A DNA stretch of 64,000 nt, taken from NCBI GenBank assembly GCA_050246315.1, contig JBFWWG010000015.1, positions 30,778 through 94,777 of the forward strand. The letters are read 5' to 3'. The stretch comes from Nitrospiraceae bacterium (GTDB lineage: Bacteria > Nitrospirota > Nitrospiria > Nitrospirales > Nitrospiraceae). The notes under the pieces are model-generated. The model made no database searches, was not told the DNA's origin, and saw only the letters and a program-made list of their open reading frames with translations. Shown one piece after another: positions 29,557-39,615 of this stretch; the stretch's first letter is position 1, and each line of letters begins with the position of its first letter. A program made the position numbers and the translations under genes.

Positions 29557-29823
29557 TTACTTGCCGCCCTCGTCCTTCTTCTCACCGGAGAGCTTGCCGC
29601 CCTCGTCCTTCTTCTCACCGGAGAGCTTGCCGCCCTCGTCCTTCTTCTCACCGGAGAGCTTGCCGCCTTCGTGCTTCTTATCATCAAACAGCTTGCCGCC
29701 CTCGGGCTTCTTCTCGTCGAACAGCTTGCCACCCTCGTCCTTCTTCTCGCCGTAGAACGCGAAAGCGCCGGTGGTGAAGCTCAGCAACGCCGCAAAGGCC
29801 AGCAATCCAGCAAACTTCTTCAT
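29557..29823 (-). CDS. secreted peptide with six 11-aa repeats (LxxEKKxEGGK)
   Basis: GGAGG RBS, Sec signal ending AFA, 33-bp tandem repeats (three identical). Confidence 0.85.
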   Translation of the reverse strand: MKKFAGLLAFAALLSFTTGAFAFYGEKKDEGGKLFDEKKPEGGKLFDDKKHEGGKLSGEKKDEGGKLSGEKKDEGGKLSGEKKDEGGK

Positions 29824-29978
29824 GACAAAACCTCCCTACTAGTGAATGTGAAGTGAATGATGATTGAGGTAGGACTCAGGATACGCTCCACTCGAAACTG
29901 TTCTTTGGTCTCTGGTGCGCCCGATCCATCCTCCCTCTCGCACGCTCACGAGTACCAAAAGGAAGAGGGCTCCTCCAA

Positions 29979-30004
29979 TAGACAAATCTCCGGTCAAGGG
30001 TCAC
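29979..30004 (-). promoter_or_regulatory. candidate ECF-type promoter
   Basis: GTGAC-N16-GTCTA preceded by a T run, oriented toward the repeat-peptide gene. Confidence 0.35.
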
Positions 30005-30226
30005 AAAAAATCCAGTTGCTTTGTCGCGAAAGAACACTTCAGAATAGGTCGGCTGGCAGGTCCGTAGGTCGTCCGTAGGTCGGAAGGTCGGTCGGATTCT
30101 TCTGTAGCTTGTCGGCTCGTGCCGAGGGTGTGACGGTTTGTATTCAGCTCTTGGTTCTCCCCGTGACAGGGGCATGGTCCCCGGGGATGAACGCGCGCCT
30201 CGCTTCAAGCGAAGGACAAGGGACAT

Positions 30227-31165
30227 ATGAATCCCGTGCAGGAAGCGAATTCGGGACTCAGCCTCCTGATCACCTCTTCCGAAGACTTCGATCGCGTCAT
30301 GATCGACGCCTTACCCGAGTTGCTGGACCTGGCCACCCAGCATACCAAGCGATTTCTCAAAGAAACCGGTCAGTGGGTGAATGACACGACTCATGAAAAA
30401 TTGGCTCTCCGCTGGGGCTATGAATTAGTCGAACGATTTGTTGTGTGCGGACGGGCGGAAGTACCCTGCCGGCCGCTGTTCTTGCTGGAGAGCCAGATCG
30501 CGAAATATTTTAGCCAGCCGCAGCCGCTGTGCTACCACCCTGACCTGTTGTCGCCGTTGGGCCGGCTGCTGGACGGGCTGGCCTCTCGGGCTGTGGTCAG
30601 CCGAGATGCCCTGATGGCGCTGTTTTATCATGTGTACGGGCTGCGTCAGGGACAGGTCGTTCGGCTGCTTGGCTTTGGGGCGGCCGAGAGCCAGCGTGTG
30701 TACAAGAATTTTGAGCGATGGCGGCAAACGGGGTGGCATCGGACGCTGGAAGAAGTCGGATTAAGCGAAAACGACTTGGCGGAAATCGAGGAGATCAAGC
30801 AACGCGATCAGGAGGCTTTTAATCTGGAGGTCCGCCGATTGCTCAGGATTCTCCAGGCCCATTACCGGAAGAGTGAACCCGACCATTATCCCTGTCTCTC
30901 ACGGGAACGCTGGCAGGAACTGTTCCGGCAGGATTTTGGGCACGATTATCGCGTCTGGCATCTGGCGTTTTGTCACGAATGTTTGGCGGAAGTGGGGCGA
31001 ATGCGGTATGACACCGTGGACAGCACGAGACAGATTGCGATGGATCTACAGATACGTCCGTTACACAAGACCGGTGTAATCGGAGTGCTGATGGGAACAC
31101 GGGGAGGACATGGTCATCATGGAACAGGACGCAGATCTCAACGCGTATCGACAACGACTGCTTGA
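30227..31165 (+). CDS. divergent sigma70-region-4-like HTH protein with C-terminal ZAS-type zinc finger
   Basis: ALMALFYHVYGLRQGQVVRLLG resembles sigma region 4; C-x21-HLAFCHEC. Confidence 0.65.
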   Translation: MNPVQEANSGLSLLITSSEDFDRVMIDALPELLDLATQHTKRFLKETGQWVNDTTHEKLALRWGYELVERFVVCGRAEVPCRPLFLLESQIAKYFSQPQPLCYHPDLLSPLGRLLDGLASRAVVSRDALMALFYHVYGLRQGQVVRLLGFGAAESQRVYKNFERWRQTGWHRTLEEVGLSENDLAEIEEIKQRDQEAFNLEVRRLLRILQAHYRKSEPDHYPCLSRERWQELFRQDFGHDYRVWHLAFCHECLAEVGRMRYDTVDSTRQIAMDLQIRPLHKTGVIGVLMGTRGGHGHHGTGRRSQRVSTTTA

Positions 31166-32444
31166 GTCGCTTCAGGAACTGCCGAAGCGCCGTCGTGAGG
31201 AACGCCCCGATGCGCTTCAGGTATTTGTGAACCAAGAATGCGTCGGCTGCCTGAATTGCCGTAGCAGCGACCCGACATTTGTGTTTGCCAGTCGGGAACG
31301 GAGCATCCACTCCTTCGAGGTGCGTACGGAAACCGGGATGTTGCTCGGCGGACTCTCCGCGCCGGAACTCGGCCTCAAGGCCCAGCGACTCGAATGGCCG
31401 GGCTACAGCCTGGACGTCACGATTCATAACCGGCTCGACGGCGGCTCGTTGCGTGTGGCCTATGCGGTCGCGCCCTCCTGGTGGAGTCGGCTCGGGCGCG
31501 CGGCGAGCGGCGCATTCTCGCCGGCCGGCCGGGTTCCCGGTGCGCCGGCCTTCGGTCTGCGAGCGATGTTGTTGGCGCAGGTCGTGCTGCTGGCGGCGGT
31601 GACCTTCTTGATCGGCGATCGGTTGTTCGACCGCATGCGGCAAACGGAGCAGACCATCGGGGCGGTTCAGCAGGCGCAGCACGAGCTGGCCTCCGCCGTC
31701 CAAGCCCAAGCCCAAGAGGCGATCACACGCCTGGAAGCGAAGGTGAACCAAGTCTTGCAGGCACAGGCCTCGTCGGTATCCGTCGCCGAGGGAAACCAAA
31801 AGGCCATTTCGACCATGCAGCGCGCGATGGATGAACTGGCTCAACAGCAGCGCGTGATGGGAACACAAGTGGTCTCGGTCCAACATATGGAGGAGCACCA
31901 GGAGCGGGTGGCGAGGCAGGCCAACCAGGAAGTCGAGCGAATGGCCAAGGTCATGATGAGCCAGGTGCAGACCGACCGGGAGGAATTGCGCGACGGGTTC
32001 CACAGTCTGTCGTTGGCCAACGAGCATCTCGCCAAGCAAGTGAGTTCGCTGGAAAAAAAGAACCAGGATTTAGTGAACCGGCTGAGAACGGCGGGAATGG
32101 ATATATCCTCGCGCGTCAGGGATGCGGGGGAGTCCGGTCCCATGCTGGCCAAAGAGAGGGACCGAGCGGAATCGGCACCGGTTCAAACGCAGATGGCCGA
32201 GGCCCGTCCAGACGGGTCGCCGTTGAAGTTTTTTGTCTCGTTCCATGACGGGACGTCCGAAGAGAGCATCGATCGGTGGCTCCAGGAGATCCAGGCGCGC
32301 AAGGGCGATCTGGATTCCGGATGGTATACGGTTGAGTTGGCTCAACCGACGCAGCAGCCGGCCGACCGGTTCCTCGAATCAATTAAGACCGTCAAAATCA
32401 TCAAGGCGGTCACCAAGAGCCGCACCCGCCTTCCCGCCCGATAA
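31110..32444 (+). CDS. single-TM coiled-coil protein, anti-sigma-like
   Basis: N-terminal CVGCLNC, TM helix, long Q/E-rich coiled coil, C-terminal VSF..GTSE..I..WL..I.A..GWYTVEL domain. Confidence 0.7.
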   Translation: MVIMEQDADLNAYRQRLLESLQELPKRRREERPDALQVFVNQECVGCLNCRSSDPTFVFASRERSIHSFEVRTETGMLLGGLSAPELGLKAQRLEWPGYSLDVTIHNRLDGGSLRVAYAVAPSWWSRLGRAASGAFSPAGRVPGAPAFGLRAMLLAQVVLLAAVTFLIGDRLFDRMRQTEQTIGAVQQAQHELASAVQAQAQEAITRLEAKVNQVLQAQASSVSVAEGNQKAISTMQRAMDELAQQQRVMGTQVVSVQHMEEHQERVARQANQEVERMAKVMMSQVQTDREELRDGFHSLSLANEHLAKQVSSLEKKNQDLVNRLRTAGMDISSRVRDAGESGPMLAKERDRAESAPVQTQMAEARPDGSPLKFFVSFHDGTSEESIDRWLQEIQARKGDLDSGWYTVELAQPTQQPADRFLESIKTVKIIKAVTKSRTRLPAR

Positions 32445-32612
32445 GGTCGGCTCTCGGCCTACGAGCGACGAGGAAGGCGGCGCGCGGCAGATCGACGCCC
32501 CTGACGTTCGGAGAGCATCGGAACCGAGTCGTCGTGGTATGCCGACTCCTCAGGGCCGCGGCGCCGTCATCCTGACAGATCGCACGATTGCACGGGTTGA
32601 AAGGTCCCCCTC

Positions 32613-33854
32613 GTGTCGGACTTCTTCCAAAACGGCGTCGTGGCCGTGTTGCACCGGCTCGGTCCGGATAATCTGCACCAGCTTGAGGCGGATCTGCGGG
32701 CGTATGCCGAAACCAATCCGATCGCGCTGGTGCTCCCTTCCCTGTTCGCCGAACTGTCACGACCGGCGCTCAGGCAGATCGTGGCGACCCTCCGGAACGT
32801 TCCCTACCTGAATGAGATCGTCGTCTCCTTGGATCGAGCCTCGCCGCTCGAATTCCGACATGCCAAGGAATATTTTTCGGTCCTGCCGCAGCGGGTTCGC
32901 CTGATCTGGAACGACGGTCCCGGTATTCAAGACCTTCTGCACCGGCTCGAATCGTGCGCCATCGACATTGGAATGCCGGGCAAGGGGCGGGGCTGCTGGA
33001 TGGCCTTTGGTTATGTGCTGGCCAGAGGGCAGAGCCGGGTCCTGGCGTTACACGACTGCGACATTCTCAGTTACAGTCGCGAGTATCTCGCTCGGCTCTG
33101 CTATCCGATCGCCAACCCCAATATGGGCTATGAGTTCTGCAAAGGCTACTACAGCCGCATCACCGACCGGCTGCACGGCCGTGTGACGCGGCTTTTCTTC
33201 ACTCCGCTGCTTCGGAGCCTGCAAAAGCTGGCCGGAGCGCAGCCGCTCCTGACTTTCTTAGACAGTTTCCGATACCCCCTTGCCGGCGAGTTTGCCATGG
33301 TGAAGGATCTGGCCTGGATCAACAGGATTCCCGGCGATTGGGGGCTGGAGGTCGGCGTGCTGTCGGAGATCCATCGAAATTGTGCGCTGCGTCGGGTCTG
33401 CCAGGTGGATATCGCCGATACCTATGAGCACAAGCATCAGGACCTGTCGGGCGGCGATCCCAACGCCGGCCTGCTGAAGATGTGCGTGGACATCACGAAG
33501 GCGCTGTTTCGGAATCTTGCCAGCGAAGGGCTGGTCTTGTCCGACGGTGTCTTGAAAACCCTACAGGCCACATACTTGCAGGGGGCCCAGGAAGCCATTG
33601 GGCGATACGAGCATGACGCAGCCATCAATAGTTTACGGTTCGATCGGCACGAAGAGCGGAAAGCGGTCGAGGTTTTTCTTCATGGCATGAAGCTGGCTAC
33701 AGAATCCTTTCAGAATGATCCGCTCGGGGTGCCGATGATCTCGAATTGGAGTCGGGTCGCGGCGGCTGTTCCGGACGTGTTCAGCCGGCTGATCGAGGTG
33801 GTCGAGAACGACCACCAGTGGGACCCGACCGCGGCCATGACCGCCGTGTCATAG
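32613..33854 (+). CDS. glucosyl-3-phosphoglycerate synthase-like glycosyltransferase
   Basis: MSDFFQNG, GKGRGCW, LHDCDI, FCKGYY, RYPLAGEF, DWGLEVG, YEHKHQ. Confidence 0.85.
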   Translation: MSDFFQNGVVAVLHRLGPDNLHQLEADLRAYAETNPIALVLPSLFAELSRPALRQIVATLRNVPYLNEIVVSLDRASPLEFRHAKEYFSVLPQRVRLIWNDGPGIQDLLHRLESCAIDIGMPGKGRGCWMAFGYVLARGQSRVLALHDCDILSYSREYLARLCYPIANPNMGYEFCKGYYSRITDRLHGRVTRLFFTPLLRSLQKLAGAQPLLTFLDSFRYPLAGEFAMVKDLAWINRIPGDWGLEVGVLSEIHRNCALRRVCQVDIADTYEHKHQDLSGGDPNAGLLKMCVDITKALFRNLASEGLVLSDGVLKTLQATYLQGAQEAIGRYEHDAAINSLRFDRHEERKAVEVFLHGMKLATESFQNDPLGVPMISNWSRVAAAVPDVFSRLIEVVENDHQWDPTAAMTAVS

Positions 33855-33899
33855 GCGGCCGCTCGACCCGGTTTGAGCGGGGCGAAAGCCAGGATCACC

Positions 33900-34634
33900 A
33901 TGTCTATGAATATCTCCCTGAACCTCGATCTCGCGACGCTCCCCACGTCCGTGCTGCTGGAACCGCTTGAGATGATCGCGCAGCGCATGATGGCGATCCT
34001 GCCGAATGTGCTGGCCATGTCGCTCATCTTGATCGGGGGCATGTTGGCCGCTTGGGGCTCGCGAGTCCTGATCGAGCGCACGGTCCACCTGCTGGGTGTC
34101 GACCGGCTGAGCGACCGCCTCGGCTTCACGATGGCGCTGCTCCGTGGCGGAGTGAAGGTCACTCCCTCGCGGCTCCTCGGCCAGACGAGCTATTGGATCG
34201 TTCTGGGATTCGCGAGCTTGGCGGCGATCGGGGCGCTCCATGTCGAAGCCATCAACCATGTGAGCCAGGCGCTCCTCTCGTACATTCCCTACCTGCTCAC
34301 CGCGTGCGTGATCATGCTGGCGGGGTATGTGCTCTCGAACTTCATCGCGCGGGCGGTTTTGATCGCGTCGGTCAACGCGGGTCTGTCACCGGCGAAACTC
34401 CTGGCGGCCTGCGCCCGATGGGGACTGCTGCTGGCCGCTGCGGCCATGGCGCTGGAGCAGTTGGGTATCGCCGAACATATCGTCGTGGTGGGCTTTGCCA
34501 TCACCTTCGGCGGGATTGTCCTTGCGGCCACACTGGCCTGCGGGCTCGGCGCGCAAGATTTGGCCAAACAGTGGTTGGAAGCGCAATTCTACGGTCGAAC
34601 GCGATGGCGCATACCTGATGACCTGCGCCACTGA
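33900..34634 (+). CDS. conserved TM-helix membrane protein (CmpX/MscS-N-like)
   Basis: Repeated LPN/IP..L.A..I segments, ALEQLGIA, ACGLGAQDLA. Confidence 0.8.
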   Translation: MSMNISLNLDLATLPTSVLLEPLEMIAQRMMAILPNVLAMSLILIGGMLAAWGSRVLIERTVHLLGVDRLSDRLGFTMALLRGGVKVTPSRLLGQTSYWIVLGFASLAAIGALHVEAINHVSQALLSYIPYLLTACVIMLAGYVLSNFIARAVLIASVNAGLSPAKLLAACARWGLLLAAAAMALEQLGIAEHIVVVGFAITFGGIVLAATLACGLGAQDLAKQWLEAQFYGRTRWRIPDDLRH

Positions 34635-34675
34635 TCACGGACGAACGGATCTGCCCTTGAATAAAGGACGGTTCG

Positions 34676-34800
34676 CCGTTCGTGGTGAGCCCTTCGACTG
34701 GCTCAGGACAGGCTTGTCGAACCCTGCGGTGAGCTCGGTCGAACCGCATGAACGGAACTGCTCACAATCCTCCGCTCTTCGGCAGGCTCAGAGCGAACGG
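34676..34800. repeat. REP-like palindromic element
   Basis: CCGTTCG...CGAACGG ends with internal TGAGCC-TTCGAC-GGCTCA hairpins; related motif at 28595. Confidence 0.7.
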
Positions 34801-34839
34801 ATCATCACTGGGATCTGAGGGACACTAGGAGGTCGGCCC

Positions 34840-35673
34840 ATGCGACGGCTCATGGTGTTTACCAACCTCGACGGCAGTTTACTGGACAGCGTGACCTACT
34901 CCTGGGAGCCGGCAAGACCCGCCCTGGACTTGCTGCGGGCCCTGGCCGTGCCGATCGTGTTGGTATCGAGCAGAACCAGGATGGAACTCGATCAGGTGCG
35001 CGGCCGCTTGGAACTGGAGGAGCCCTTCGTGATCGAAAACGGGGGGGCGGTGTATCTTCCGGAGCGTTCGGCCGCGACAGTAGCCTCGGTGGATCGCACG
35101 CCGGTCCGCTATCGCGCCGTCGAGTTCGGGACGCCCTATGGCGCATTGAGGCAGGCGCTGCACACCATTTCGGAGGAGGCCGGGGTCGAGGTGCGCGGGT
35201 TCGGGGATATGGAAGTCGAGGAGATCGCCGATCGAACGGGCTTGAGCTCCGAGGAGGCCAAGCTGGCGAAGCAACGGGAATATGATGAACCGTTCTTGAT
35301 CGAAGGCCCCACCAATTCGGCGCCGCATGTCCTGAAGGCCATCAGAGGCCGAGGATTACAGTGGACCCGCGGGGGACGGTTTTTCCATCTCACCGGAGAT
35401 AACGACAAGGGCGCGGCATGCGGGTTTCTGCTCGATTGGTATCTACGAGAGGGGCTGTCCGGTCTCCGGCGGCAGGATGTGGTGACGGTCGGCATCGGCG
35501 ACAGTTTGAGTGATGCCCCTCTCTTGCGACAGGTGGACTTTCCGATCCTTGTGCGGCGGCCGGATGGCTCCTACGATGCGGCTGTCGAGGCGCCGAATCT
35601 TGTCTATGCCCAAGGATCCGGGCCTGTGGGATGGGGGATGGCGGTGATGAACGTGCTCCGAACCATCGGCTGA
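34840..35673 (+). CDS. mannosyl/glucosyl-3-phosphoglycerate phosphatase (HAD IIB)
   Basis: FT(N)LDGSLLD, IENGGAV, REYDEPF, GGRFFHL, DKG.A, GDSLSD. Confidence 0.88.
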   Translation: MRRLMVFTNLDGSLLDSVTYSWEPARPALDLLRALAVPIVLVSSRTRMELDQVRGRLELEEPFVIENGGAVYLPERSAATVASVDRTPVRYRAVEFGTPYGALRQALHTISEEAGVEVRGFGDMEVEEIADRTGLSSEEAKLAKQREYDEPFLIEGPTNSAPHVLKAIRGRGLQWTRGGRFFHLTGDNDKGAACGFLLDWYLREGLSGLRRQDVVTVGIGDSLSDAPLLRQVDFPILVRRPDGSYDAAVEAPNLVYAQGSGPVGWGMAVMNVLRTIG

Positions 35674-35781
35674 CAGCGTCGAGCGCCCGTCCTTCGCCAT
35701 CAGTCACTCGTCATGAACCAATGACTGATGCCCACCGACCGATCATTCCTGACCAATGACAAATGACCTCCGCCGATTCGG

Positions 35782-36234
35782 CTACGAGCCAGCAAAGAAC
35801 CGTCCCCCGGCTTGGCGGCGGATGAGGTCGCGAAGGTGTCCAGTGACCTCTGACGCCGTCTGTTCGGTCAGCAAGACCGGCTGATGCGCCACTCGCCAGA
35901 CCGGTTCCCGAGGTGCCGGGTCATGGGGACCACGTGGGATGAGATGCCAGTGGATGTGGGGAAGTTGGTTGCCTAGCAACTCGTAGTTGACCTTGTTGGC
36001 TCGGTACTGCTTCGATAGCACCTCGCTCACTGCGGAGACCTCTTCGATGAGGCGGCTCCGTTCCTGCTCGGTCAGGAGAAACAGTTCGGTCGCATGACGC
36101 TTGAGGACGAGCACCGTCCAACCCTCGAAAAACTGGTCCTCATGGAGGTAAGCGACGGTCAGGCCGCAGTCCGCGATGCGCAGATGCGGAGCCGGCCAGG
36201 AGCCCAGGCAGGCGGGACAGTCAGGCTGGTTCAT
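35782..36234 (-). CDS. HIT family protein
   Basis: CPAC; NYELLGNQLPHIHWHLIPR histidine triad. Confidence 0.92.
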   Translation of the reverse strand: MNQPDCPACLGSWPAPHLRIADCGLTVAYLHEDQFFEGWTVLVLKRHATELFLLTEQERSRLIEEVSAVSEVLSKQYRANKVNYELLGNQLPHIHWHLIPRGPHDPAPREPVWRVAHQPVLLTEQTASEVTGHLRDLIRRQAGGRFFAGS

Positions 36235-36243
36235 TGGAAGGGC

Positions 36244-36972
36244 TCACGGCGGAGAGACAGGGCCTTGGTGAAGGCTCCGGCTTTCCTCCTCCGTCAGCAG
36301 ACCCTTCCTGATCATCAGTTGAATGAGTTTATCCAGCGACGGCTTGCCGGCCTGCTTCGGCGTCGGTTCCGCCGCCTTCACGGCCGGCTTCTCCTTCTCT
36401 CGCTCCCGGCGCTGGCCGAAGATACGGAAGGAGAGGGTGAAGACAGCCACATAGTCCCGGTTACGAAGCCGGATCCCTACCGGCACGGTATCGCTCTGGG
36501 GTAGGAGGTCCCGCTGGCCGTCGGGTGAGGCGTAAAAAAATGGCTTCCCTTCATCCGTGTAGCCGTCCGCGTCGAGAATGTCCATGCGGTTCAGCAACGT
36601 TTCATTCTTGAGCGGCTCGCGCTCTTCGCCGCCCACATTGGTGATCCTGTCTAGGACGAGGACAATGGAATCGCCGACCAGGGGCTCCACTCCCACGTTT
36701 CTGATGGTCACGTCATAGCGGTACTCGTTCGAGAAATTGTCCCGCGATTTAAACGTCACGACCGCGACGGCCTTGCCGGTCAAGTCGGTCAGGGAGTCAA
36801 ACGACCCCGCCCCCGTTTCGAAGACCGGCGTGAGCCAGGCCAATATGAGCCAGGCCGGCGTGAGCCAGGATAGAAGGGCGAGGGCAACCGCCGAAGACCG
36901 GTTTGGACGGTGACTGTGGCAGGCGAGCATGTCGCAGGAAGCATAACAGACAAGCCGTGGGGTCGCGAGCAC
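36244..36972 (-). CDS. hypothetical exported protein (start uncertain)
   Basis: Hydrophobic N-terminus, beta-rich domain, C-terminal LIQLMIRKGLLTEEE. Confidence 0.65.
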   Translation of the reverse strand: MLATPRLVCYASCDMLACHSHRPNRSSAVALALLSWLTPAWLILAWLTPVFETGAGSFDSLTDLTGKAVAVVTFKSRDNFSNEYRYDVTIRNVGVEPLVGDSIVLVLDRITNVGGEEREPLKNETLLNRMDILDADGYTDEGKPFFYASPDGQRDLLPQSDTVPVGIRLRNRDYVAVFTLSFRIFGQRREREKEKPAVKAAEPTPKQAGKPSLDKLIQLMIRKGLLTEEESRSLHQGPVSPP

Positions 36973-37110
36973 TTCTTCCGCGCCGTGCCTTGACAGTGTC
37001 TTTCACGCACAGATATTCTCACTCCCCGGTCCGTTCTACGTCGCTCAACCGAGTTCCAGTCAACTGCTTGACTGGCTGTCGCCTCCGGTTCCGATCGCGC
37101 ACCGACGGTT

Positions 37111-37989
37111 ATGGGGAACGGTTACGCCCCGCTGCTCTTGCCCCATTCGTTTGCCGCTCAGCTTCTCCGCTGTTACGAGTATCCGGACCCGCGGCGGCGC
37201 GGGAGAGTCATCCGAGGCTATGATCGGCCCCATGCGTTGCGCACGGCTCGGTTGTGCGGGGCGGTGGCTCTGTCGCTCGGTTATGGGAGAGCCACAGTCC
37301 GGCAATACCAGATCGCCTGCCTGCTGCACGATCTCGGACGAGCGGGGCTTGACCGAAACCTGTTCGGCCGGATCTGGTCCTGGGCGCAGCGGCGCGGGAT
37401 CCCGACCAGGCCCCGTGAATGGCGGGCCCGCTATCCGATCACGGCCTACGGGTCCGAGACGGAGGCCTTCATCTCGCGCTTTGGGCGTCGCCTCGAACGT
37501 GACGGAATCTCGATGGATGCCTGGGCTCGCGAACAGGTCGAGATGCGGCTGGGCTATGGGCGGAGGCTTTCTCGACGGCTGCGGGCGGTACGGCCGTTCC
37601 TGGTTCGGCTCGGCGTGCGGTGGGAGTCCTGGATGCATCGGATCATGCTCTACTATTACTATCCCGAACGGTTGAACGGAGTGCCGCGTTGGGTCAAGCA
37701 ACTGGCGGAGGTACTGGTCGCCTGCGAGCAATTTGAAGCCTACAGCAATCGGCAGAGAGGCCGCGACTACTATGGACGTCATTCCGAATCGCTGGAAGCG
37801 GCCGTCCGCTATTTGGAACAGCTCGAAGCCGAAGGCATCCTCTCGGCGCCGGTGTTGTCCGCGCTGAAGCAATTGGCCGCGGCCGGATCCTTCGACCATC
37901 TGCTCGCGTCCGCCCGCGGCAGCGGGGTGACCGCGCGCGAACGGCGCTTTCTGCGTCGGTCGGCGCGGGAGGGCATTACATGGCCGTAA
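37111..37989 (+). CDS. HD-domain-like protein
   Basis: HALRTA..CLLHDLGRAG; late VACEQFEAYS. Confidence 0.75.
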   Translation: MGNGYAPLLLPHSFAAQLLRCYEYPDPRRRGRVIRGYDRPHALRTARLCGAVALSLGYGRATVRQYQIACLLHDLGRAGLDRNLFGRIWSWAQRRGIPTRPREWRARYPITAYGSETEAFISRFGRRLERDGISMDAWAREQVEMRLGYGRRLSRRLRAVRPFLVRLGVRWESWMHRIMLYYYYPERLNGVPRWVKQLAEVLVACEQFEAYSNRQRGRDYYGRHSESLEAAVRYLEQLEAEGILSAPVLSALKQLAAAGSFDHLLASARGSGVTARERRFLRRSAREGITWP

Positions 37990-38394
37990 CGACGACGGTT
38001 CTCCGAATTCGGACCTCCGGGCCGGGTCACATCGAAAATCTCACCAAGTCTGTGACGGACGCCGTCGCTCAGTCCGGCCTTCGCGATGGCATCGTGACGG
38101 TGTTCGTGAAACATACGACCGCCTCGGTCCTTATCATCGAAGACGAGCCCGGCATCAGGGCCGATACCGCTCAGGTTTGGGACCGGCTGATTCCCGCCGA
38201 TCCAGACTGGCAGCACAATATCAGAAATCATGGGGAGGATAACGCCCACAGCCACCAGCGGGGGCAATTGCAGGGCCCCTCGGTGACGATCCCGTTTTGC
38301 GGAGGCGAGTTGACTCTCGGAACTTGGCAACAGATCGTCCTGCTTGACTTCGACACGCGGGGGCGTGCGCGTGAACTGGTTGTTCAAATCATCG

Positions 38395-38402
<8 letters not shown>
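37980..38402 (+). CDS. yjbQ: YjbQ/UPF0047 family protein
   Basis: HTTAS, DNAHSH, LGTWQQI..DFD. Confidence 0.92.
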
Positions 38403-39567
<1,165 letters not shown>

Positions 39568-39615
39568 TATCTGCATGGCCGGGTCGGTAAGATCAATGCA
39601 CGAGGTCATAGGCAT

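Noticed and set aside
29560..29757. 33-bp direct repeats as a CRISPR array
   Set aside because: No spacers, in-frame within a signal-peptide ORF, and no cas genes in the window
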